64,000 bases of DNA from Rhodosorus marinus CCMP1338 (Eukaryota > Plantae > Rhodophyta). Position 1 is the first letter of the stretch. Each line of letters starts with the position of its first letter. The notes beneath the pieces are model-generated. The model saw only the letters and a list, made by a program, of their open reading frames with translations. It was not told the origin of the DNA and did not search any database. Positions 35,860-46,650 of this stretch are shown here, in pieces. The stretch is taken from the NCBI GenBank assembly GCA_029953675.1, contig JAMWBK010000001.1:1922001-1986000 (forward strand), read 5' to 3'. The position numbers and the translations under genes are program-made.

Positions 35860-36918
35860 TTATGTGGAAGCTTCAGGTCGATGCTCTCTCAAAGCGGCCT
35901 TCAGTTCCTCATCATATGCCATCCTCGACTCGCCTAAAGTTTCCGCCCTGATTTGTTCCGGCGTCCTGCGAATGTCGTCGAGGTGCTTCTTTGCCAATTT
36001 TTTGTAGTCTCCTGCTCTGGTTTTAATCGACTTGATCTCCGCTTCCGATAACTTTTTCTTGAAAACAGCAGGCACTCCAGCCCAAAGCTCACCAGACGGA
36101 ACTGTTGCGAATGTGGGGACTACCGAACCTGGTCGAACACACGTATGAGTCCTACAATTTTAGCTCGGGGAAAAAGGGTTGGACCTGGGTAGTCGCAACT
36201 ATCGCAGAAGATTGGCCAGGATTATCATACCCGCGGCAACAATCGAATTTGAGCAGATCTTGGAGCCCACTCCAATAACTGCCCCCATTCCAATGAGGCA
36301 GTCATTTTCGAGGACCGCGTTGTTCACAACAGCTCCGTGGCCGATGGTGACTCGATCTCCTATTATCGTTGGGATTGGTACATTCTGATATTTTCGATCC
36401 ATATTCTTCGCGAAGACTGCCACGCCGTCCTGGATGTTCGTTTCCTCCCCGATAAGAACGGGAGCGTCATCTCCACGGATGGTTGCACCATACCAAACGG
36501 ACGAGCCGGACCCCACGCTAACAGACCCAACGAGCGATGCACACGGAGCGAGAAAGACTCCATTGGAGGAAACAATAGGGGATTTGAAAAGCAGGTTCAT
36601 AATCTGTCGGTGACGATCCACTGCAAAGATTCACACACAACATAAGCCGAAGGAAGATTATCAGATTCCTGAAAGCGTACGAATGAGCTAAACCTGATGC
36701 GCAAGAGCAGGCAAAGATCGAGGCCCGGACCCAAAACTACTGGACAAAATTCCCGACTCTGGACACAAAAGGTGGAGCGATGCCTGGATCAACTTACAAG
36801 GCTCAGCACAGTAGAACTGGCCCATCGAGCGAGCGCCCATTCTTTCTAGCGCCTGTCCAGTCTCACGGAGCATATGTCCCAAAAAATAAGTTCCTCTTTT
36901 CAGAGCAGCGGCAGCCAT
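35860..36918 (-). CDS. Gamma-carbonic anhydrase-like subunit of mitochondrial complex I, multi-exon
   Basis: N-terminal GHMLRETGQALERMG typical of plant/algal gamma-CA; hexapeptide repeats SVWYGATIRGD, TNIQDG, TIIGDRVTIGHGAVV, CLIGMGA and GELWAGVPA. Confidence 0.92.
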
Positions 36919-38015
36919 TGTCCTATCGCTTCCAACCCGGTTAACAAAATAACATAAACAAAACAACCGCCCGCACCCAAGACTCTGCGGCAGCCCCAAC
37001 TCTCCCGCAACTTTGTACGGATGGAGTCTAGTTAGACCTTAAAACCCCTCCTCCAACTCAAATTCTTATCATCAAAACCTGTTCATCATTTTCAGATCCC
37101 TCAATAGTTCGAAAGTCAAGCAACACCGTCCGCCCCGGAACTCCCACCCAGATCCGTTCAGAACGAAAACAAGAACAACCAAGTCTACTCAAACCCCTTT
37201 CCTTCTCCGTCACAAACACCGTGGGCACGCTCCCTTCGTCCCCACGTTTTCCAATCTCGTCACTATTCTTCACCCCAAACAATTTCTAAACTAAACCCAC
37301 CCCTTAACAAATCACAGCGGCTCCGTCAAATAAAACACGAAAGCTCAATACAAAACCAAATACCTTCCCTTCCTTCAAAAGCTTCACAAAACCCATCCAT
37401 CCATCCCACACTCCACCGCCATCGATTCGACGGTACTTCTATAGACTGATGATGATGACTTCTATTCTCTCCCCTTCAATCCCTACCCATCCATCCCCCT
37501 TTCCCCAAAACTATTTGTCATTGCCAAACCCCACATCCACTGAGGAACCCCCGTTTTCAGATTCGCAACCAGGCCGTAAAAAAAAGTTATCTATGTTTTA
37601 GTACACCTCCCTTATTTCCAAGATCCTCCATCCACAGCCAATTATCCTTCTAAAATTACTGTAAAATTCGTTTGTTTTAGTGCTCTTTAGTAAACATTAA
37701 TCTGTACTAAATATTGATTGATTTAGCATAAAATTATGGTATCCTTTATTTTCAAATTATTCATTTGCTTTAGAGTTGGGGTGAACGTGGTGCTTATTAA
37801 GCAGAGTTGAGTGTAAATCAAGAACAAATGTTCTATTTTGGTGTGGGTTCGATTCTTCCTAAATCTAGATATATATATTGTCTTTATTTTGACCGGATTT
37901 GAGTGAGGCTGTAATGTTTTATTTGTGTTAAACTAGTTTAGAAAAATATTGTCTATATTTAGTTCAGGGACCAGTTTTGTTTCGGCGGTGACTGAACTCA
38001 TTTCAACACTCGGAA

Positions 38016-38232
38016 TACTCCGTACTTTTCGCCACCCTCTAACTTTTGTGCAGTTGTCTTAGATAGATTGATATTTGTTGAACAAAATTAGCTAATGCTA
38101 ATCACCGTGAAAGTCAATCGATCTACTCCGTATTTTTCGCCACCCTCTAACTTTTGTGCAGTTGTCTTAGATAGATTGATATTTGTTGAACAAAATTAGC
38201 TAATGCTAATCACCGTGAAAGTCAATCGATCT
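38016..38232. repeat. Recent 108-bp tandem duplication (2 copies, 1 mismatch)
   Basis: tactccgta(c/t)ttttcgccaccctctaac...gtcaatcgatc at 38016-38123 and 38124-38231. Confidence 0.95.
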
Positions 38233-39202
38233 TTACCCCTGGGGATTTCGAAATTTAGAAATTGTCGATTGCCCCTTTTTCAATTTGATTTCGTTTCACC
38301 CCCTTGGTGAGCATTCAAATTTTTTTCAATATATACAGCATAAAATTTCGATATTTATATAGTTGTAAACAATTATTCTTATTTTTCTACCCCAGGAATC
38401 GCGAATGAAAATTGGTGTGTCCCAGCATGCATCAGCATAGAGGATCTTACAGAGGCAGTCACACTCAAGCAGGAGGGCCTCTCGAGCTTGTCACTGTTCT
38501 TCGTTGCAGATGTTCATGTTCAGACACACTGATCAGCTCAAATCCCTTCCTGGCTGCTTCTCCTACGGAAAAAAGGGAGAACCTTCCCACAAAGGGGCAC
38601 CATGGTCAACATCCCCTTTCTCGATCCCCCAAGGGGGGACCATGCGATTCCGGTGCTCGGCACTTTTTAGGTCGCATCGTCCCCCAGCTACGCTGCGGCT
38701 CTAGAAAACAATCCAGTCAGCAATTCGACATTGCAGCAGTCTGCAGCCTTAGCCTCGAAGCAGCTTGTCCAACTTGGAATCTCGCCGAAAAAAAAAAAAA
38801 AGGTATCCAGAAGCGGCATTCAATCACGGTCTTCTCTGAATGATTGCCCTCGCGGGCACAATGACTTGGAGGATGCTCAAAGTTTTCACTTGAGGTTGCG
38901 GTCGGTTGGGACGATGGTGTGGAGAGACGTAGTTTCTAGTCGATGTGCGCGGAAGCTCCTTTGTCTTTGCTTTTGTTTGGCTTCAATTTCAAGACGTTTT
39001 TAATTCTTCAGGAGTGGAAGACTTGAAGAAAGCACTTGGAGTCGGTTTTTCTTTTTGAAACGGAGGATAGCTGTTGATTTCAATGTGGGAGGGTTTCGGA
39101 GCTTAATCTTGAATCGTTTGCTGTCCCCCCTTTCTCAAGTTTTGCTTCTTCTTTCGGTGAAGAGGGCCGTTTTCGGACAGGTGAAGAAACGGATGTGTCG
39201 AT

Positions 39203-39951
39203 ATGAGTCTGTATTATAGGTTGAAAGCTACCAGCAAGATTCTCCGACCCGAAGCGGCAAAAGTGTTCCACAGGAGCACCGTTGTTGGGTCGGGAAGAAT
39301 TCCTAGCTCGGCTTCCGGGTTGATGGGGTGCGTATTGTATTGCATTTGGCATTCTCGGGTCTCTAGGTTTGAAGTTGGAGCACTGACCCTTTTCTTTATT
39401 CAATCAGGAGCCAGGGATACCGCTTCAAGCAGTTTCCGCCAGCAGCTGGGGTACGATGGCACAGCGCCTTCTCTCCTACAAGAAAGGACGAGAAAGACTC
39501 CGTTGAGGGGTCTCCCAAAAGCGATAATCCGCCCACCAAAATCGAGACGGATAGCTCAGGAGATTCCAAGCCAACTGCGGTAAAGTCTTCCACTGCTGCC
39601 GTTGATGTGAAAGTATCAAACGAAACAGCAATGGATCATCTTGGAGATTCCTTGCCTCGTGATAATCCCAGAGTGAGAGTCTACGGTCCTCATATTCTTG
39701 CTTTCAATGCGGAGTTGCACAATATGATCTCCATCAGTTCGAGAATTGGGGCGTTGTTCTTAAGCGCCATTATATTCTTGCCAGTGCCGAACTTTTGGGT
39801 GCTTGTAATAGAATACGCGCCGATAGGACCTTTCGTTGGCGTGATGGTGTTCAGCGTAATGTCCATGATGGCTCATTTGTTGTTCCTCGTGCAGTGGAGA
39901 TTTACCTCCAAATTCAAGTGGGGTACGCACTCTGATAAGTGGGAGGATTGA
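39203..39951 (+). CDS. SDH3: Succinate dehydrogenase cytochrome b subunit (SDH3/SdhC)-like protein with a mitochondrial presequence, 2 exons
   Basis: Intron 39328-39407 (phase 2) gives one ~220-aa ORF. RVYGPHILAFNAELHNMISISSRIGALFLS aligns with the SdhC signature RPLSPHLxxYxPQxxSxxSIxxRIxGxxL. Two hydrophobic helices, with a His in MMAHLL. Confidence 0.65.
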
Positions 39952-40415
39952 GCCCAAAATTTTGTGATAAAGAAAGCTTTGATTATGGTATAAACTGGTG
40001 TTAGCTATCCTACCTACGCGAGTCTTCAACAGTCTATGCTCGACACCGACTATTGCCGCCAGAGCGTACTCCCTCTTGCTTTCAGTCTTCCCACACGCGG
40101 GTACGGAACCTTTGTCCTCAGAGTTCATCGCCTTAACTTGAGAACCCAAACGACTGTACGAACAACAGATTTCATCGGGATTTGTTACCCGATGCAGGCA
40201 GCCGGATAAAGGCTTCCATTGACAAACAAGTCTAGCAAAACCAGAGACGCCCTGACTTCTGTTGAGGAGTTAACCTCATCGGACCTGCCACGATCCCGTT
40301 TTCAGAGGAAGATTGCCTGAGCTGGCCATCCAATCTCAAAAGCGACTAAAATCCTACGCAAAGTCGAACGTTGTACGCGAATATCTGGAGCTCATCCAAC
40401 GAACGAGAGGGTCTA

Positions 40416-40813
40416 TCACGTTGAGTACTTCAGGGTACGACAGGAATGTCTTTTTCCGGCACATTCAAACACGACTAAAATGAGCACGATACAGCACATC
40501 AGATATGTGAGAGATTTTGAGGGCAGCGTGACATGCTTCCAGGAGCTTTTAGATTTCTGGGCACCAAGGTCTTGGCCGGCGACAGATCCCAATCCAGAAC
40601 GTAGGCAAGACGTCGGAGATGAGCGTCTATCACCATTTATTCTGGTGCTTAATCTGAGGCGATCTATGAATGCAGCCACACGCACGTCCCGAAATCGGAC
40701 CCCCTTACCACCGGCAAGGCAGAACAAGGCCAAACCACTCACGTAGTCTCTTCAAGAACTTCAGAATCAATGTCGAGCACTGCCAGATCCAGACGTCCCC
40801 GGTCCTTGACCAT
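40416..40813 (-). CDS. Hypothetical protein, structure uncertain
   Basis: ATG at 40813 (MVKDRGRLDLAVLDIDSEVLEET) with a gtgagt donor that can splice into the 40416-40742 frame. No family recognised. Confidence 0.3.
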
Positions 40814-41768
40814 GGCGTCCGACGTCTACCTGAGACGTAACTTGCCTATATCTAAAGAAAGGCGCCACCGATCAAAAGCCGTCTGATCCACAGGGGAGCG
40901 CCCTTTACCAATAAAAAATTTGAGGTCAGCGACCGTTCGAGAATGTCTGTCTGTTCAAACACCACAATCCCACCCCCCTCAAAACACGCAGATTTTCCGC
41001 AAGAAGGACTCGCAACGCCCATTTTCACTACTTTAAGCAATCATCATAAAACCTCAACCCCCCCCCTAATCCAAGCATCTGACCCTGAACCCATTGGTAT
41101 TTACCGCCGCCCCCCAAACCTTTCCAAAGATCAGCTCCAAAACTCTCCAAAAACATGAATTGAGGTAAAACAGTACTTTCTTTTCATAATCTCTACCCCC
41201 CCTTGCCGCATCCCCCTTGATTTAGTGCCAAGATCTTCGTCGTCAACGGGTGACACTCGATTTCCACAACAACCCAAAGGGGTTGGAAAATCGTTCAAAA
41301 AAGAAATCTGACACAAGCCATAAGATTCAAACCAACCCCTATCGAAATACAACAAAAGAACTGTTAATAAAGTATTAGAGTAAAAATTAAAGGGTTTTAG
41401 GTCATTTTCTGTGTTGCTCATGATCGTTCCATACCCCCCCTTATCAAGGATATTTCTGCTGGTGAGTAGTGTTTTTCTGTTATATTGCTAATGTGGGGAA
41501 AAATGTGACATTTTCTGAGCGACGTGGAACGCTGGTTTCTTGGGTGGTTGATAGACGGGAAATGGAGTTTGGATGAAGGGTAGGAGAGGGGTTTTGGGTG
41601 GGGAGGCAGGGGCGGTGACTGTGAGATTTTGGGAGCGGGGGGAGGTGAGTTGGTAGAGCCAAATAATCTCCTGTTACTGTTTTCTTGACAGTATATTTTG
41701 GATGTCAAAGCAAGGTTGAGGATCCCCAGTAAACATCTGTGTTAAAGGGGGAGGAGTTTGTTCAGATC

Positions 41769-44723
41769 ATGCATCGAGCGTTTCGTGTACGTGGGGCAGT
41801 TGGTGCTCTACGGGTGCTCAGAAAGACCACTGGAGATGTGGGCCGTGAAGTAGGATCCGGTGTCATTCCTGCCGGAGGGCAGTTGCTGAGCGTCAGGAAC
41901 TTTAGGGTTTCCGCGAGGTTGTATCAGGAAGCTTTGGAGGAGGTATCGGCGCCAGAGCCGAGCATGTCCACAGAGAAGAAGGCAAAACCTGCAAACACCG
42001 AGCCTGAGAGCAACTGGGAGCATCTGAAAATGGCGGATGAGGTGAGGTCAGTATTGAAGCGGAAGGGTTTCAAGAATCTGTTCGACGTACAGCTGGCGTG
42101 TTTCGAACCTGGGGTTGCCGGGAAAGATCTTGTGGCAAGATCTCGTACTGGTACTGGAAAGACGATTGCGTTTGGACTTCCTCTGGTAACCCGATTGCTC
42201 ACGGAAGGCGGTCGAGCGCAGTCAGGCAACTGCAGGGCACTGATCGTCACCCCGACGCGAGAGCTAGCAAAACAGGTGTCACAAGAATTGTCGTCGTTAT
42301 CTAAAAAAATCTCAGTCGCGGTTGCGTACGGTGGTGCCTCATACGGCGTGCAGGCCCAGCAAATCCAAAGGGGCGTTGACATCTTAGTAGGAACTCCCGG
42401 CAGGCTTGCTGATTTCCTCCAACAGGGCACTCTGAAGCTCAACAATACAAGCATGTGTGTCCTTGACGAAGCTGACGAGATGCTGAAGATCGGTTTCCAG
42501 CAGCAGTTGAATGAAATTACAGGTAATCTCCCAAGGGAGAAACAGATGATGCTGTTCTCAGCTACAGTGCCCTCTTGGGTTAAGGAAGTAGGTTCCCACC
42601 TGAAGCCCTTCAAGAGTTTCCGATTTGAAGAGGTCCATGCTGACATTGCTTCCAATTTTAATACCAAACTCAGCTGGCGAATAAGACAATGAAGAGCCCT
42701 GTCATGCTCGACCTGGTCGGTGACTCGAAACTGAAGTGCTCGGAAACAGTCAGGCACGTGGCCGTGATGACCCCAGATTGGATGAGGACCAGAATCCTTG
42801 CGGATCTTTTAACCTACTACGGGTCAACGAAAAAAGCAAAGTCCATCATTTTCGTTCCCACCAAACGGGAAGCTAGTAGGCTCGCCGGCAGTGAAGAATT
42901 GAGATCGACTTCTGTGGAGATCCACGGAGACATTACACAGGCCCGTCGAGAATCAGCGCTTGGAGGTGCGATTGATTCCCGACCTGCTTCCAACATACTG
43001 CAATGGTAGCCTGACGAGCTATGGACGGCCACGCGCTTGTCTCGTGTTCGACAGGTTTCAAGAGCGGACTCTACAGAAACCTTGTAGCTACCGATGTAGC
43101 CGCAAGGGGATTGGACATCCCGTTGGTAGACATTGTCGTGCAGATACAGTTTCCTGAAGGCAAGACGGGGGGTGCAGATGAGTATATTCATCGCTCCGGG
43201 AGGACGGGACGAGCGGGCAAATCAGGCACGTCTATTCTGTTGTACACGCCGGAGCAAGGTGGCGCCCTTGGCAGACTGGAAAAGGAAATCGGAGTAAAGT
43301 TTGAAAAGGTGTCAGCCCCGAGCACAGAGGCTATAACGAGGGTACGTTTGGTCTTGACCGAAAGAATACAAAGCGCAAGCTGAAATCGTTGCTGATGACA
43401 ATCAAAACCTTGGTTAGGCGGGCTCGGCGGAGGCGCTCAAGAAACTAACGGCGATCCCGGATGCAGCTGCAGTACAATTCATGCCCGTTGTAGAGGAGTT
43501 CCTGGAGACGCGGAACTTGATACCAAAGGATCGGGAGTCAGCTGGTATGGTAGTTGCACCCACCAGGTTCATCGTTGCAATAGAGACAAAGCCTCTTTTG
43601 TGAGTGTATACTTCCCTGAGCCTGATCCGTTAATTCTTACATTCGTTTTCTAGAACTAGTCAAGAAGACGTGGGCGAAATGTGTTGCGACTGTTGCTAAC
43701 GTCAAGAAAGGAGTGTTCTCAAGATCCGCACTTTCGTTGCGACCAAACTTTACCGCCGTCCATTTCAAGGCCAGCAAACCCCTGACTGCAAACGATCTCA
43801 CAGCAGCTATCGGGAAGGCCGTCAAAGATGCCGAGGGAAAGCTAGAGAACATTGTTTCCTTTAGTCAAGGAGCGATCGCAGACGTGCCGGAAGAAATGAA
43901 GGTTTCCCTTCTTGAGTATGCCAATTGGTCCTTGCAAAGCTCCTTTTTGAGAATCCCCGACTGAAGGATGTCCGCCCTATCTTTCGTCTTTGCGTTTAGC
44001 TCCTCTGCGAAGCTTGGCTTCACCTTGGAAGTTCCGGACGTCCTGCCTGAGGAAGTGATGAGCAAGGCAATTAACACGATTCCTGCATATCGCTCTAGTG
44101 GCATTGGTGGCGAAGGTGGTGGCTATGACAGTGGCGGTGGTGGTTTTGGAGGAGGCCGCAAGGGCGGATTTGTAGACCGAGGCGGGTTTGGCGGTGGTAG
44201 CCGCGGAGGGTTTGGCGGTGGTAGCCGCGGAGGGTTTGGCGGCGGTGGTGGCGGCGGAGGTTTTGGCGGTGGTGGCGGTGGTGGCGGCGGTGGCCGAGGA
44301 GGGTTTGGCGGTGGTGGCGGTGGTGGTGGCCGAGGAGGGTTTGGTGGTGGTGAGCGAGGTGGCCGCGGTGGTTTAGAGCGGGGAGGGTTTGGTGGAGACA
44401 AGGGAGGATTCGGCGGCGGAGGGTTTGGTGGTAAGGACCGAGGTGGATTTGGCGGCGGAGGGTTTGGTGGTAAGGACCGAGGTGGATTTGGCGGCGGAGG
44501 GTATGGTGGTAGGGACCGAGGTGGATTTGGCGGAGACCGAGCTGGGTTTGGTGGTCAGGACCGAAGTGGATTTGGCGGAGACCGAGGTGGGTTTGGCGCT
44601 GGAGACCGCAGAGGTGGCAGTCGCGATTCCGGATTCGGAGATGACGACGATTTTAGCTATTCTGGAAAAGGGGGCTCGAAGAGGAGGACGAAACCGCTGG
44701 ATGATGATGACGACTGGTTCTGA
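41769..44723 (+). CDS. DEAD-box RNA helicase, DDX21/RH3/RH9-type with GUCT-like domain and RGG tail, probably organellar
   Basis: Q-motif [40 protein letters not shown] and [10 protein letters not shown]; GUCT-like segment; long GGRGGF tail; Arg-rich N-terminal presequence. Confidence 0.95.
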
Positions 44724-45104
44724 GGAGCCATATCAGCCGTTTACGGATAAGCCTTTACAGGTGATGCGTACGGAGACCTTTGCAAGTTATGGAACAAGAC
44801 CAACGCACAACGTTGGCTTATGAGATCAAGACCAAGGCTCACACTGGTTCGGGCCAGATAAGGAATTCGTATGCAGACGACAACGATAGTTCTGCCTTCT
44901 AAAGCGTGAAGTTGATTAAATTGTTATACATCAAGTGTAAATGGAAACTACTAACGAAGGAGGGGGCGGTTTTCCCGCCGGCTCAAGAAAAGTGCTCGTC
45001 GACAGCACACCATCACTACAACCCGTCGCCATGTGAAATGGCGAGTGGCTCAGGATCCCCTCGGATATGGGGCTAACTATGCGATCGGGACCGGGAGCTA
45101 CCAG

Positions 45105-46650
45105 TTAGAGATTCCCGATACTCTCGACTGAATCAAGTCTTGCCTCGAGGAGCTCATTACACCGTGCTCTAGAGCGGTGTATCTGGCATTCCAATCTCCT
45201 CAGCTGGGACAACGCCTGCCCCTCCGCAAGTTTCAGCTGTATTGCAAAAAACATGCGCTAGTGTCTTAGAATTCTCTGCTTCAGAACGAAGCGACCGATC
45301 CAAACTGTTTCTATCTTACCTGAGCGTTCGCCCTTCGCGTAGATTCGAGCTCCTGGACCTGCCGATTTTGAGCTTGAACAATCGCTTTCAGTCTAGTTGA
45401 GGGGCCGTGGAATTCATCGGCCGAAGCTCCTCCCACTCCCGCAGGTCGACCCAACAGTCCGTACAGGATCATCGAAAGTTCCTCAACCTGGTGGGGTGTT
45501 TGTGCGCAAGCAAAGACGAGGAAACCGGTGAGTCCCTTTTCACACGAACAGAGGTTACACAATATTCAGTTCCTTCTCGTACCTCGCAAGCCTCGTTTTT
45601 CAAACTCCTGACTAGCTGCTCCAGCTCTGCGTTTACGTGCTCCAACTTGGTGACCTTCCGTTCAGCAGCACGGTTGTAGATTTCGTTGTCCGCCTTCGCG
45701 TTCATCAGTTCTTTCTGTACACCTTGGCGACGAGTCACCGACTCAGCGATCTCCGCATGGGCTTTCGCGTTCTCGTCCTCCAGTCTACGAACGCGCAATT
45801 CCAGTTCCGACTTTTCATGCTCCAATTTAGCAGCCTCACGCTCTGCGGCGCGGTTGTAGATTTCATTGTCCGCTTCGGCGTTCATCAGCTCCTTCTGTAC
45901 ACGTTGGCGACCAGCTGTCAATTCGGCGATCTCCTTCTGAAACTTCTTGTACTCGTCCTCCAAAAGTTTCAGCTTGCCTTTGACTTCCTCGTCTGCAGCT
46001 TGATTTCTGCGCTTCGCCCTCTCGAGATCCTGCTCAAGCAGCCTCACTTCTTGGGAGAAGTTCGAAGCCAATTCTGCGTTTCTGTTCTTCTCTATTTCGA
46101 GTTCAACGGCTTTTGCCTTTGTAGCCTCGAGCTCCTCGAGTTTCAATCTCAAGAGCGCGTTCTCCTCCCAGAGCTTTCCGTTCTTACTGCGCAGTGCATC
46201 CATCGTTTCCGAGATCTTCTCATCCGCAACGGGGCTCTGTAAGTCCTCACTCTCGTTCGTTGACATTGTTTTGATAGGGTCCTCGTGCTCTCGATGTTGC
46301 TCAGAGTTCTCCGCCCTGAGCTGGGCGTTCTCAGACTCCATCAGCAACAGCCGTCTCCGAACCACGTCGAACTCGCTGGGGAGTTCCTCCAATCGAGAGA
46401 AGACGTGCCCGTTCCCAGCTTCAGGGTTTTTTATCTCCTCGTAAGCTTCAAGGCTCCTTGGGGAATCCCATGACCCGCTGCTCGTGTAAACGCAAGTGGA
46501 ACTCCCTCCAGATCCAACCTGGCCGCTCGACTCAAAGGACAATGAGCCTTGTTCAGCAGTCGCACGATTGGTCGCCTTTCCTTTAATCATTCCAAACTTC
46601 GGCGACTCGCTCCAATTCTTCAGCTGCCTAGCGTCGACACACTCCTGCAT
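45105..46650 (-). CDS. Hypothetical long coiled-coil protein with an internal 60-aa duplication, 3 or more exons
   Basis: 393-aa ORF with heptad pattern, plus spliceable exons VEELSMILYG...NAQ and LKLAEGQ...IGNL* (stop 45105-45107). True start uncertain. Confidence 0.65.

Noticed and set aside
44123-44823. Pro-rich antisense ORF and Val/Ala/Glu-rich alternative-frame ORFs
   Set aside because: Alternative readings of the helicase RGG repeat tail.
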